A stretch of DNA of 64,000 bases. Source: Octopus bimaculoides (taxonomy: Eukaryota). The stretch spans positions 6,761,517 through 6,825,516 of the forward strand of contig NC_068992.1 in assembly GCF_001194135.2 (NCBI RefSeq), given 5' to 3'. The position numbers and the translations under genes are program-made. The notes under the pieces are model-generated. The model was not told the DNA's origin and did no database searches. It was given only the letters and a program-made list of their open reading frames with translations. This document shows, in pieces, positions 1 through 14,300 of the stretch. Within the stretch, counting starts at the first letter, position 1, and the number at the start of each line of letters is the position of its first letter.

Positions 1-849
1 CATATCAAGGGTTAATAAGCTGTCTGACGTCTTTTAAATATGAGCAGAATTGGCAGGTGATTATATGCCAAAAGAAGCCGGAAATACCGAATGCATGCAA
101 AACAAATTGTTTACAAAACATAACCGACAGCCAGAGGGCTCGAACTGAGAGAAATCTATAACAATCTTGGGAAAGATAATCGATTATCATACATAAGTGA
201 ATTAATAAATTGCAGAGATAACTGGAAATTATTCTATCATGCAAAACGCATTAGCGATGGTGTTCAGTAAAAATTTTAAAAATATAAACAATTTCGAACA
301 TTAGATGTTTTATTTCTATGTACTTAGACTTTGTTTATGAGTGTCTCTGTTTTAGCTAATTAATCGCACTAAACTTGATGTTTTTCATTTTTATTTAGCA
401 TTCTCGTTAATTCGTTTTGCATGATGGGATAATTCTCAAATTCTCAAGTTTCCCTATGAAATATTTATTCTGTACTATCTATGTTATATATAGGGTATGT
501 GCGTGTGTGTGAAAACATGAAGGTACATATAGGCAAATATATATATATATATGAATGCATGTGAGTAGGTACGTACGTTCGTAAGTACATATATATTCGA
601 ATACTACAAACTCAATATCCCTTTCCCTACTCCTGGCACAGCTAATTCCCATTCATTCTTGCAGCTATTCCGCCGTCGTGGGACATGAAACATCGATTCA
701 GACTTTTATATTCTTGTGAGGCCTTTTTTTTTTTTTGCTTCTCAAGCTCCCTGTTTGTTTTGAAATTTCTAAAGTCAATTTAAAAGCTATCATATTCCCG
801 TGGGCATTTTCTGTAGTATATTTTATTACAAGTATGACATCTTCGATAG

Positions 850-2200
850 TATTGTTTGAGCTTGAACTTTTTCAAACAGCTTAACACAAACTCTAGCAGC
901 TGTAAAAAGGTAAGTCATATACTATCAATAAGCAAAACACGTCGTCTCTCTGAACTGAATAGTATTTGTTTAAACTTGGAATATCTTTTGATTTTATTTG
1001 TAGATACTGGCGATCAGCGTCAAGTTTGTAGGTTTTCACTTTGTATCTATAAAAAATAAAATTATCTAGTAATCCACCAGAAGTGTACCACTTCTCTTTC
1101 ATATCACATTCTATCATCTTGAAAGAGGGAGGATACATGATAATGTAGTCCTAGATAAACTGCCTAAAAAAAATGACGGTTGGTCGCAACTGAAATCTCT
1201 TTGATCGTAGGTTCACTGCAAAGGAGATTTGTCAGAAAATTGGCCTTTCTGTATTTGATTCAACACTTCCAAGAGTTTTTCTTCTGTCAGAGTGAGTAGG
1301 TCGTCCAATGTGTCATGTAAAACATATTGTTTGCTAATACTATAAGTCATATGCTCATGAGTACACGTGCTCGATAAACTCTGGGGAAAAAGAAACAGTT
1401 TCGGAAGATTAAATATTTGTATATGATAGTTCCGACAGAAATATGACTTAATAATACACGACATCACAAAGCAGTTCGTACAATTCTTTATTCTAACACC
1501 CACCGAAAATAATTCCGAAAAACTTTTCAACAATATGTCATTTTAACTTTTCCTCTTATGTTCTTTTCACAATGTTGAGTATTTGCAGAGGTGCATGAAT
1601 AAAACTGGATTATCTTGCTTTTATTCCTGTCAATAAAGTCAATCTCCCGTGACAAAAGACTGTATTCTTTCCTCGTGATAGTTTCATATTGCTTCCTTGG
1701 GTTTTCGAAGTAGGCATTACACATTTATCTCTTGGTAACAATAAATCATTCTATCAGATCGATAAAAGATTCAATAAGTTACAGTAAGTAGATAAAATGG
1801 AAGTAATTCTATTAAAGAAATATTTTCCATGTACGTCGAAGTACGATCTTGAATGTTCAAATATTCAACGACTTTCAGAAAGCTGATAACCTGTTAAAGT
1901 CTTTATAGCGACCAGTTAAGTTCTCATATGAGTTGCTTTCAAGGGGGAATTGCATTTTAAGTTTGCTTCTCCAGCAAGTTAAGCATGCAGAATTTCATTA
2001 GCAAATTGATTTGCGAATAAGTTTCTCCGATATAAGAGTATTTCATGAATGTATGTTTTATTAAGACATCAATACTAAATTAAGTTGTAATCTTCAGAAA
2101 CCACTAACTCTAATACGTTCTCGCTCTTCATGATTGTTGAAATTTGCTAATGAAGGCCATCAAAGCAACGCTGTTTTTCCTTTACCCACTAAAATGTTAC
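850..2200 (-). mobile_element. Degenerate hAT-superfamily (ZMYM1/DUF4371-like) transposase relic
   Basis: Broken minus-strand ORFs (1527-1724, 1213-1533, 893-1138) give IDRNKSKIIQF..QHCEKNIRG, HMTYSISKQYVL..LNQIQKGQFS..FSCDQ and FKMIECD..TSGG, in the order of ZMYM1-type hAT motifs (Q.IA.RG; TY.S..IQN; FS...DE.D; F.E...TTG). Many stops and frameshifts; similarity judged by eye; boundaries approximate. Confidence 0.4.
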
Positions 2201-3239
2201 AAACAACATTTAATATATGACATTTACATAAGTCAAACATAAACTGACGATGTTAACGTATTACAAATAAAACTACCTTAAAATCGTGTACCACGTAGCT
2301 TGTGTTGCCCTTTATCAAATAATGAAAACACTCAAGCATTCTATCTACATTTCAGAAGATCATATTAAATTTATGAATCTTATATGCATATCGTTTAAGA
2401 GACATTTCGTTATATTTCTGAACAGGAAGCTTCTACAGCCTCAAATTCCCAAGCCATAGTAAATAAAAGCCTGTCATTCTAGAATTGTTACGTGTAATAG
2501 AATGGTATTCTGTTTGGAAACAACTTCAACATTCATCTACATCATGATACTAAATCCAGTCAAAAACTACATATGTGTGAGATTTATCAGTATGATTCGC
2601 CGCAGGGTAACATGTTAATATCTAGGTAATAAGAAATTTTTAACAAATCTCTCGCCCTTTGCCCTAAATAGCCAGTATAGTTCTTTCTCTTGCCGTTTTC
2701 CAACTCCTGGAAACACTATTAAATACTTGTGATTGCATTGGAGAAGTAATCAACCTGAACATATTCAAAATCAAAGTGAACTTATCTGTTTCAGATCACG
2801 TGGTATCTAATACTGTCCACTAGCTTTCACTGCCAACTGTTTTCCAGACATCAATTTAATAGACTCTGAAAATGTATGAAGTTCCTTACGAACTATTAAT
2901 GTATTTTCTATTTAACTTTCTTATCTCAAAATGATTCTAAAGCAACACATTTTTCTTATTTTCTATTCTGAATATAATCCGTTACCTTCATCTCTTCTCA
3001 CATGACGTTGACTTCTTTACCTTTGAAAGCAAAATGAAATAAAATATCTGTTACCTTTTAGACCCCAGAAAATGTTGATAATTGAAAATCGAAGACTGAG
3101 TGGATAAAAATGATGGTACAGACACCTACATGCCATATGTTACTTAGTTTCTTCCACTCAGATTTTGATGTAAAATCCCGCCGAGTTGGATTTCATAAAC
3201 ATATTTCTATAAATTGTAAATAAGGTAGCATTGATATAT

Positions 3240-3660
3240 CATTACACAAACCGTATAAAAATCTTACACACTATATAAATTGGCTTCTCTCCAGTACAAG
3301 CAACCAAAATTTCAAAATTAGATGACGATCACTACAGGCTATTATTAAGCTCCTTTCAAGCCAATTCTGCCAATTTCAGGCAATATTTCTTTGCTATCAT
3401 TTCACTTATTGTGACAATAGCATGAACGTCATATCTCCCATCACAACACGCACAGATATCCTAGACTTCGTCCAAATGAAGGCCACCTGGCTCATTGGCA
3501 AAACGTTATGGCTACTTTCCAGCCTGTGATTCCACGAACATGCTGTTTTGTCTAATAATACGTCACTGGACTTTCTCAAAGCTTACTAATCTCGTACCAC
3601 CTCCACTCAGGCCAATGTGAGTCAATTGTCTTTCATCCTCTCGTCACACTGTGTTCTTCA
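3240..3660 (-). mobile_element. Possible second DNA-transposase relic (hAT-like)
   Basis: Minus frame with stops reads RFANEPGGLHLDEV*DICACCDG...LAELA*KELNNSL, reminiscent of EPG..AIGCDGT..LE..L..PLQW transposases. Weak, by eye only. Confidence 0.25.
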
Positions 3661-3944
3661 CTATACCTCGTATTCTAGCGGCTCAACAAATAAATATCCA
3701 TAAAATATGAACCAAATTTTAAAATAAAACCACTAGACTCAAAATTATTGACTAGATCATTGAAGGCAATATCCCAGCGTGGTTGCAGTCTAATAATAGA
3801 AACCAGTGAAATAATTAAAGAATAAGATATATATGTTTTCAGCTCACCGAGTCGTTACGTTCCTGATTTTGACATTTAACTGCATAAATACATACATACA
3901 TACATACATATAAACTCTGCTGTGATTGCGCATTAAGTTTTAAC

Positions 3945-4160
3945 ATTCTAGCTCCCTTCTGCTGTTCACAGCAGTGCTTGGAAGGAAGGTGTGTAGCGTG
4001 TGATCATCGCACGGATCATGACAGAGAAAATTGTTATGGCGATACCTGCTCAGAGGCGGACGCAAAGTTGCAGGAAGTGTATGGAGAGGAGTGTATGACC
4101 CACACACAAGTGTACAAGTGGTTCAGGCATTTCCAAGATGGCCGAAAATATGTCGAAAAA
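3945..4160 (+). mobile_element. Mariner (Tc1/mariner) transposase N-terminal HTH fragment
   Basis: ORF 3978-4229 contains AKLQEVYGEECMTHTQVYKWFRHFQDGRKYVE, a typical mariner HTH (VYG...S...V..WF.RF..G). Confidence 0.8.
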
Positions 4161-4340
4161 ACTTGGTGCGTATGTACAGCAGAGTTCAAGGTCTATCTGT
4201 ACCCAGCGGCTTCATTCACTGGGCTTTAGTTTCGTTATTATGGCAACAGTCCGGATACTTATTGATCAGACCACGTATATATATGTGTGAGTATATACAA
4301 ACATACATACATACATACATACATACATACATACATACAT

Positions 4341-4350
4341 NNNNNNNNNN
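4341..4350. other. Assembly gap (10 N)
   Basis: Run of N following a (TACA)n microsatellite. Confidence 1.
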
Positions 4351-5160
4351 TATATACATATACATCATAATAAATTGTCGAACATCAGGAATATTTCATA
4401 AATTCCAATTTTCCTCTTTATCTCGTCTGCTTATAACAGCAAAAATATGGAAATAAATTTGACTTTTCTGAACTTATGGAAATGCACAATTTTACACGAG
4501 TAAAACTTATTCGTTTGTTGCTTACGAAAATATATCACAATGTAGTAATGTAATATTGTGTACGTTAGCTTAGAGGCTGATTCTTTAAATTGTTTATGAA
4601 TCACTGACATCTAGTTAGAAAGGAAATTCTAAACATGAAGGTATGGGTAAATAAAGCTTAATCCGGTTCCAAGTTTGATATCTTTTTTAAAAAATCAAAG
4701 TCAAAAGGAGTTGCCACTTCAGTAGACAGCACATGAAATGGAAAAGGAACGTGTATTGAAGGATTAAATGGTTATAAAGCAAATTATGGAATAATCTGTG
4801 AATTCGTGAATAATTTGCATAAATCTTGTAAAGCCAAACATGAAATGATGCATAAAAGGAATTTGTAAATAAAAAGATTTTCTTCTCTTTAAAGGTTTTA
4901 CTTTCAAAGAAGAAGCGTTCGTGGAAGCCTTTAAGTAAATACTATCAGCATTTGCAGATCTTCATGTCAGCTGTGGAATCCCAAAAATTGCTCCCATGAT
5001 AATAAATTTCACTTTTAAAAATCATTTATAATTTAGCAAATTGTATAGAAATAGAACCAAAAAACCAGTTTAATGTATTGAAACAAACAAAAATGGAATT
5101 TCGTTCAATTGTATTTTTCATCTTCAAATTCGCCGAAACCTGCTTAAATTAAGGGACAAC

Positions 5161-5510
5161 GGGGTTAAGAAATTCGCTTCGCAACCATGTGGCTTCGAGT
5201 TCGATCTCACTGTGCGAATCCATGAGTAGTTGACTTCTACTACAGCCTCAGGTCGGTTAGTGCCCTGTGAATGAATTTAGTAGACGAAACTACGCGGAAG
5301 GCCGTCTTATATGCATACATACGTACACACACACAAGCACAAACACAAACACACACACACACAGACGTTTCATGTATGTATGTATGTATGTATGTATGAA
5401 CTATGTGTATGTGCCTTTTGAGTTTGTCGCCTTAGCTTTATTGTTTACGTCCATATAACTTAACGAGTCGACAAAAAAGAACGATAGAATAATTTCCGGA
5501 CATGAAATAA
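5161..5510 (+). mobile_element. Degenerate CORE-type tRNA SINE with internal (AC)/(TATG) microsatellite
   Basis: Colinear with the better copies at 43995 and 48629 (B-box GAGTTCGATCTC, ...ctactacagcctc..., ...gatagaataa). Confidence 0.6.
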
Positions 5511-6422
5511 GTACTAAATGCATTGAAATTGTGTCTTCTTAGATTTCTATGTTCAAATCGCACCCAAGACAATTTTGCCTATAATTCTTCCAGGGTTTAA
5601 ACACGTCATCGATTTTACTCGTCTATTCCCATTCAACTAAAATACGTGGCATTGTGCCAAATGTATTATTCTGGAGCATACAGCATATTAATGACTGAAA
5701 TAATTTAGAACATAAAAATTGTAATTACATTTCTTCGTTACCACAAATAGTTGCTCAAGATCTGCTAATTTCCATAAAAGTATCAAACTAAAGCAGACAC
5801 TTATGAAATATTAGAGTTAGTGGTCATTAAACTAGATATACTATGTTGTTCTTATCGTACGCTGACCAATTTTCAGGAATTTTTCCAATATTCATTTCGA
5901 GTATACTTTGCTGATTAGTTTTGTGTATAAAATGAATCACAAATGTGTATATATAATGTGTGTGCTTGTGCGTACGCACACACTCGCGCGTGTGTATATA
6001 AAACCAAAACCGCACTCTAATATACACATGTATATATGGTATTTACGAATATATGAAACTATTGCTAGATTTTCTATTTGATATTTACTGATAATTTGGC
6101 TATCAGCATAGGCCTCACAACCCCTTATATCCTCTTTCAGCTATTTCGTATCTACAATATAGTCAAATCTGTATCTAACAGCCAGGGTGGCTTTCTCATA
6201 GGGGACAGTGTGATAAGATAATGGTCCTTTTACACAGCGGAAGTGTGACTAAACAACATTAAAGTACTACTTCTCATCTGGAACGAGTAGCTGCTACGGC
6301 GACAAACTACGCAGATGGCATTCCTTCACAAATCCATCCAATTGATTTATACACTTTCACACACCAACATACTGCAAACGCTAGCCTATTGATGTTCTAC
6401 TCTCTTTCATTCTCCTCCTGCA

Positions 6423-6496
<74 letters not shown>

Positions 6497-6511
6497 TCGC
6501 TCTCCCTCTCT
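6423..6511. repeat. (CT)n microsatellite
   Basis: Direct reading. Confidence 0.95.
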
Positions 6512-6928
6512 TTCACTCACTCTTCCATCTGCCTATCTTCTCCATATTTTTCTTCCCTCTCCATTTCACTTTGTCGCATTTTCTTTTACTTTTCTCTTAC
6601 ATTTCTCTCGGCTAAACTCTACCATAAACCACAATGGTTCCTATTCATCTAAACTCTCAGTGGTGCTATTCCACTTGTTTTATTGCCTAGCCCTAGGTCA
6701 ACTCTGATCGAGGAGACTTATGTTCAACGACATTCCAGCCATGAATATCCAAAATTATTTGTGTGTCTTTTTATTTAAGACGCTTTAGTATTACTCGCTT
6801 TTATTATTACAATATACTACAGAATAAACCAATAAACTTCAGTGAACACTATGTATATAAATTTATTGAACTTAATGAAATACACATGTACAACATCACG
6901 AATAGAATTACAAATTGTTAGCATACAG

Positions 6929-7170
6929 TAGTGGTTTCCAATGTGGGAAGTACTGCCAGCTCACCACTTGGAGAAGAAGCGATGGACGTAAAACCAAAAA
7001 ATAATGGGTCAAGTTTTATTTGTGAAATACAGTTGTTTTGAATTTGCTGCAGTAAGTGGTCTATTTTTGAGGTGGTGAGTAGCAGGGGCGCTAGTAATGT
7101 GGCCTGTGGGTGGGATGCAAACGGAATGTACCAAGGGGACGGCATTTCGAAAAAAGTTTGGGAACCACTG
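6929..7170. mobile_element. hAT/Charlie-type MITE
   Basis: TIRs TAGTGGTTTCCAA ... TTGGGAACCACTG; flanking 8-mers GCATACAG (6921-6928) and GCTTACAG (7171-7178) match at 7/8, i.e. an 8-bp TSD. Confidence 0.8.
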
Positions 7171-7989
7171 GCTTACAGGATTAAATACATCATCCTTTAG
7201 CTTGTTTTTTCTTACTTTATGTCATTGGTTGATTTCAATTATTTCCCTTGAGTCATTGCATTGTTCTATTAAGCAAATTATACCGATCAAAAGATTAGTC
7301 CTAACTCTTTTATTCTTTATAAAACAAATTTGCCAACTGCACAGGCAAGCTTGAATATAGTATAGTATGCTGAAAGTGTCTAGCAGACCGATATAGATAT
7401 TCCTCTGTCTCTGTCTCTCCTTCTCTCTCTCTCTTTATTTCTAGTGTTATGTGTTTATGTATGTATGTATGTATGTATCTAACCTGCGTATTTTATTGTC
7501 AATACTATTATTCAGGCGCTAAAAGACTTGTTTTGTGTTCGCAGTTCTACTCTTGCAACAGTAATATTTCCTTTCCCTTTTATACATCGCTTTATATTTT
7601 CTGCTATCAGTACATGGTGCCATCTATATTTCCATTAATGATCTATCATTATCGTATTATCGATCGATGCTTATAACGGACAAAGGTAAAATTTCTAAGT
7701 TATGAAAAAAAAAAGCAATATGTCGAAAGGAAGCAAAAAAGAGAAAGACTAAGAGAGCTATCATTTTTTGAAGCTTATACGCAGATTAACTCTTATAAAT
7801 ATAGTGCCAGTTTTATCTCATTTCAAAGTTTATAATGGTTGATTGACATGCTGGAATAGGTAATGAGAACCGTCTGCAATCTGTTTATATAATATATTTG
7901 TCCATTTGTTGCTGAAAACACCCTGAGTACTGTTGTAGTTGTTATTTTTATTATTGTTCAGTAGTTTTATTTTTATAACGTGCTTTCAC

Positions 7990-8061
<72 letters not shown>

Positions 8062-8115
8062 TTATTATTATTATTATTATCATCATTATTATTATTGTTA
8101 TTGTTATTATTATTT
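7990..8115. repeat. (ATT)n microsatellite
   Basis: Direct reading; source of the poly-Leu ORF 7939-8157. Confidence 0.95.
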
Positions 8116-11064
8116 ATTGTTGTTATTAAGCAAGGTCTAGAGAATTATATAACATGACAAAGAATATTTGGAATTTATTTCCTATTTATTTATTTTTTAA
8201 TCTTCCTATCTTTTGTTGATACCTCCTATGGAAATGACATCAAGTTTCATTGTAACAAAATTGTTTAAACAAAACATAACCGAAGAAAAATTATTATATC
8301 AAAAGGAAAATCGATAGTGAGGATTATAAAAATAGTTTTCTTGGAAATAAATTAGCACTCGGCTCAGTTGTTGCAAAAGTCATCTTTAAAATTTCATATC
8401 TTCTCGTTAGGGTTTATTCATTTTTGATAAAACATTACTAGTTCTATATATGTTGGTAAACATACGATAAGCGTACATAGAACCAGTAATGTTCTATCGA
8501 AATAATGTTTTATCGTATATAGAACTAGTTATGCTCTATCTAAAATAAGCAATATTTATGTAGACTAAATGAATGAAGTTATAAAATGCCTGTGGTTTCA
8601 TTTAGCCTGGAATAATAGTAAAACTTTAATATCAACTGTTTCAGTCTTACATTATGAAATCTATAAAAGCATTGTTTTATGAAGTCATGGTGATGACACG
8701 ATATTCGGCTGTATCTCTTGGCTCAGAAACTGTAGTATGCCAAGTCGTTATGTCTAATATTGTGTTCTTTTATTAAGGCAAAGACATAAACAACTTTGAA
8801 AATAAAGCTTGATGGTTATTAAAGATAGCGAACAAAGCTGATTGTTGATTACGGGAGCGTTGCCACAAATCCTTCTGAGGATTTAATGAGGTTATAGGTT
8901 ACGCAAAACTCTTTGAAATTCATTGCTTCGTTATAATTAAAAATTTCAATTAGGAATTCAACTTCAATCTGAGCTTGTGCATTGTGCAGAAATCACATCA
9001 AATTTCGCTTAAGAATTCAGAAATAATCTTAATACGTTTTCAGACATTAAATCAGAAACGGTTATCTCTATTACATCTTTGATTTAGTGAATTTGTATTC
9101 ATTAGCGTCAAAATAATTTCCACGAACAACAAACGCTAAAATAATGACACAATATTTTATTAAACACTTTATTTTATCAGAGAGTGATTTAGGGTAATAT
9201 ATTCTAGACTATTTAAGTGTACTATTTATTACTTGGAAATACTTTAGGGTAGCAACTACACTGAGACGGAATCTAAATATGAAAAGTAAGATAACTAGTT
9301 CTCTTCTCTGATATTTCGTTACTAGAATAATGACACATATAGTGATAGTGCAAGCCATAGGCAAGTTATCTCTATATAATGATAGCCGATATAAATATTG
9401 GTTGGTTGGTTAGTTGAGTGCCCAGTCACTCTTTAGATAGCAGAGATCGAGAGAGAGATGTAGAGAAAGCTAAAGAGGATGCAGAGGTATTAAGCTTAAG
9501 TGATGCAGGCTGAGTACATACTAGGTAGGCTTGATGACGGGCAATAAGCAAATGAATGCTACATTCACTGAGAGAGAAAGAATCATAACGACAGTGAAGA
9601 AGACGGACGAGGGAAGGAGAAAATGATATAGAAATTAAGGTGTTCATGGTGCTGATGGTTATGAAGGAAGAGCAATATTTACAATCAGCTTACAACTTTG
9701 AATTAGTTGAGAATTTTTATTTATTCACTCAGATTTTAAGAACAATTTTTCTTATTAAAATCGTATATCTCATTTGTAATAATATAATTAAAATATTTTC
9801 TAAGAAAGATCGCACATACTAGGAACCATTAAAAATGCAAAAAAGAAAAGCTCTGTTGTATAAAGTAATTATCTTAGGATGTAAGCTGTTCAAATATATC
9901 CACAGAAACTATTGTATTACAATTGAAAAATAATAAAGAAACAATTTTTAGATAAAATTCTCATTTCTATGAGAGGTAAAAATGTTCTATAACAGTAAGC
10001 TGTTAAGATGTATCGAGTACTTATAGGTTCGGAAATTATGGGAAATTTTATTAAAGAAAAATATAAAATGTATTATTATTGGAGATTAAGAATTAGCTTA
10101 ATAACATTATATTTTATGTATCGCGGATATTCTACAGCTAATCGACGCCAAAATGTGTTCCATTGCGTGTCATTTGGTGCATTTCGGAAAATAAAGGATT
10201 GCAAATAACGGTATGAAGATTGTAAATCAAGAAAGAATCAAGAACGAATTCCTTTTGATATTTTTTACTTGATAAAGGTTGACTCATGTGATTTCAGTAG
10301 ATATTAATTTAGGTAAAGATACTTGCAGAAGTATTTCTAGATGATTTCGTTGCCAATTCTTTTAAAGAATGATCGTAGCTTTGCTGGGAAATATTTCTAA
10401 TATTTACACGACAAAATAGTGATTACTTACTTTTTGCTGTGTAACAATCAAATATTTAATATAGCCTTTTGATAACTGATGTTTACTGCAGAGTGAATGT
10501 ATGTTATGTATTTATGTATGTATGTTATGTTATGTGCGTATGTATGTGTGTATGTATGTATGTATGTATATGTGCGTGTGTATGTATGTATGTATATGTG
10601 CGTGTGTATGTATGTATGTGTCAACATTAAGACTGGAGGACATACCTCAAAGGAGTCACCTGCGTGATAAAGACACATACGGTAAAGATTAATAAATGTG
10701 TGAGAAACTGAGTTGAAAAGTAACTTCGATTAACTGAGATTAGGATTATTTTTACGATTAGAAAAAAAAGTTCTTGTAGAAGTTTGTCAAAACTCAGGAA
10801 AAAAAAAACGTTTTATAAAAAATTTCAAAAAATATTCTCTCGTGAAATTTTTGAAAAGTAAAAGCCATGCATTTTGGAGCAGAGCAGATCTTGTTTGTGA
10901 AGCCAACTAATGAAAGCAACGGACATGTTTTCGATCTTTCTAGATCCCATCAACAAAGCATATTCACATGCACCTCAGTTTGCCTTGTCTTACATAAATG
11001 TGTGTGTGTGTGTGTGTGTGCGCGCGCGCGAGTGTGTCTGCGCGCGTGTGTGTGCGTGTTTGCC

Positions 11065-11195
11065 AGGTGAATGGACTGGAGCAACGTGAAATGAAGTGTT
11101 TTGCTCAAGAATACGATGCATCGCCCAGTCCAGGAATCGGAACCACAATGTTACGATCATGAGTGCAACACCCTAACCACTAACCTACGCGCCTC
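11065..11195 (-). mobile_element. tRNA-SINE 5' fragment
   Basis: ggactggagcaacgtgaaatgaagtg...ggaatcggaacc...ccctaaccact; same head as the copy at 62690-62814. Confidence 0.6.
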
Positions 11196-11313
11196 TACCA
11201 TATGTGTGTGTGTACGTATATATATGACCCTAGTTATAAGGATCAGCAATAAGTCTAAGTGTAATAGTCTCAAGCAAACATTCTGCTTGCTGTATATACA
11301 TGCAGTAATGTAA

Positions 11314-11366
<53 letters not shown>
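11314..11366. repeat. (AAT)n microsatellite
   Basis: Direct reading. Confidence 0.95.
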
Positions 11367-11367
<1 letters not shown>

Positions 11368-14300
11368 CAACTTTGATTTAATTTAATTATCTTGGACAAC
11401 AGCCCCAACTAAGGTGAATGTGCTTCATTGTTGAGTCTTGACAAGATCGAAACATGACCGTTTTATTGAGCAGTTGTATTAGAAGAAAAAGGTTGGATTA
11501 TTTCGTGTTTATACAGAAGATGCCATTAGCAGCGAAATGCCAAACTCAAGAGGAATAAATGAAAACATTATTCTAGCTAAATTTGTCAAAAAGTGTAATG
11601 CAGAATACTGACAAAATTACGCCCCAAGTTTAGTTTGGAAATATAACAGCGAATCACATAAAGTAATTTATTCATTAGGCATCTCTGGCTGATATCATGT
11701 GTTTAATGATATGACAAGATCCCCCAGACACGGAGGTTCTTCTTGCAACAAACAAGTCTTGTTGTTCAAATTCCGAATGAGTTGGACAGAATTATTTATC
11801 AGAATGTATGCATAGGGTGTTGTAAATCAAATACTTTCCAACTAATAGTCACGAGGAAACATTCACATGACAGTCAACACAAAATATTAAATTGCTTAGT
11901 TTTCCTTTCAAACACTAATAAATAACTTTACTAAAATATCTCGCGGCCCTTCTAACGGCTCTGAGCTCAAATTCCACTGAAATCAACATTGCCCTTCAAC
12001 GCACTTAATTAAAATAAGGCATTAATCTAATGCTGCGCTCGATAGTATCCACTTATACCCCGTTCCCCACTTAAAAGTGCCAACCTAGTGCTTAAAACAG
12101 AAACTATTATTTCGTGGTTGGCTGAATCGTTAGAACATCGGACAAAATGTTTAGTTATGGTCCATTACATTGCGTGTTCAAATCTCGCAGCGATCAATTT
12201 TAACTTTTATTATCCGGAGCCGATAAAGTATAGTACTAGTCAAGTACTGAGATCATATAGCCAACTACACTCTTGCCAAATATTTGAAGTTTTATACCAA
12301 CTATATAATAAGTCATTGTTGTTTTATGGCACATCCGAACCACAAGAAGTTTGGCAATATGAAACTGTTGTTTGTGAGAATAAAAGACATTTAAGAATGA
12401 CTGGAAATAGTATTGCCCAATTTGCAGAAAATTTGTAAGAAGAAACGCAACGAAAAGGCTTGTCCAATATTTTCTATCTTGCAAAAGAAACAGTGTAGAC
12501 AAAATACAGAAATTGATATATCTTCACCGATGTGCCAATTAAAAGTCGTCGATAAACGTGGAGTCTCGGCATATGGTATGAAATGCTTACGAAATGAGAC
12601 TTACAGAATTCAGTTTCGCTCCCACCTTTTCGTAAATATGATTTTCTGCGATGTTAATACGTATTAGCTCTTTTTCATCGCATCTTATGTGATCTAGGTT
12701 TTGTCGCTTGTGCTCACCACCATCAAGGACGATCAACTTTTGCACATTACATTTTTAGGAAGGATTAAAAGGATAAGTATTTGCGATAAATAAGATTAAT
12801 AAACATAAAAAAGAACAACATAAAAGATAGTATTTTGTTCGAGTGTTAATCCTTATGGTACTAGATCTCTTCTCTCTTCTTTTTCCTTCTTCTTTAAACT
12901 ACAATCCTCAGCGTTGTAATCCACCTTTTATCAATAAATATATGTTTACTTACTAATATAGCAACAACCTACTGAACAAAAATTAAGCAATATAAATCAA
13001 TGTGGTTCACCGAATGGTTGATCAACTGCGTAATTATTAAATGTACCAGCAACTAATCCGAATCTAATCAGTTCAACAAAATCAAGCTTCTCCTATCAAG
13101 ACCGATTTCTACAGATATTTTTATCATAATAGAACATATAGCCACATCTGAATAATACTAAAAACTCTAGAGATGTTTGTGTGTGCCCGAAATATCTCAG
13201 AAATAGTATATTTTATCCTGATTAATTTTCCTTTTTTTTTTGCATATTTATTTTCATACTTACAGTACAAATGCAGTACAGTACAAATTTTTGTGATATT
13301 TGCACCCCTATTTATTAATGAAAATGATTAAATAAAAGTTTTGTTTGTTATTTCTTGACAAAAAAAAACATAGCTTCAGAATAGACACACATATAATGAA
13401 TGTCATGGCGTGTCAATCAGCACAAACACACGACCGCTATCTGTGACATGTACACACACATAATTTTCGCACTCTCTAAGAAAAAGAAAAAACGCCGACT
13501 TTTTCACGTACACAATATTTTAATCATTTGGAAATATTTTTAACTGAATATGATTTCAAAAATGTAAATTGTTTGTACAGTAAGTATTTATATTTTAGCT
13601 TTCTTTAAACAGACAATGTTTTATCGTCAGTAGTTTTATATATATCAGTAGTTCTTATTCGTTTTTAAAATCTTTTTACAAACAAAAGGGAGATATTGTT
13701 TATTTTCAGTTAGGTTCAACTTATTTGCTTATACATATTTATCTCTTGAAGGTGATGTATATATCGAGTTTCTATAAAACGGGGCACCGTATCTTCATAT
13801 AATGTGTTCCTTTGAAAAGGTTAGAGGTGAGGGAATTAGGCTACTATTTTCAAATTATTTTTAATATGTAGTAATGAAAGGCTGCTTATGTATCCTGCCA
13901 TCGTATTTGTTATAGACGTGTCGGTGTGTCTCAGGATGACATGCTTAGTTCTAAGTGGTTCTGTTCAGGTATCTGTAGGAAATTTGAGACGGATATCCTG
14001 ACAATATTATCAAAGGGAGTGCGCTGTAGCCGCCGTACGGATATAGCAATAGGTCTAACAACTTTACTGTATACTTTTTCACAGAGACATAGCAAATTTT
14101 GCAGTAGATCGAATTTCTGTCGAAGGACGTCAACTCACAAATCAGAAAATGTAGTTTAAGTTGATGTTACCTACAATAATACAGTGCAGTGAACTGATAA
14201 TACCTTCTCCGCAGTGATGTATACATTTTTCACCTCGATCCGGCCTTTCTGAGCAAATTTTTCATTTTATATTTTAACGAGCTTCCGAACCTATACATAT

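Larger units (their letters stand above)
10910..11475. repeat. Degenerate inverted repeat pair (arms ~10910-10980 and ~11405-11475) with hammerhead-like consensus
   Basis: Reverse complement of left arm GTGAATATGCTTTGTTGATGGGATCTAGAAAGATCGAAAACATGTCCGTT aligns to right arm GTGAATGTGCTTCATTGTTGAGTCTTGACAAGATCGAAACATGACCGTT. Confidence 0.7.
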
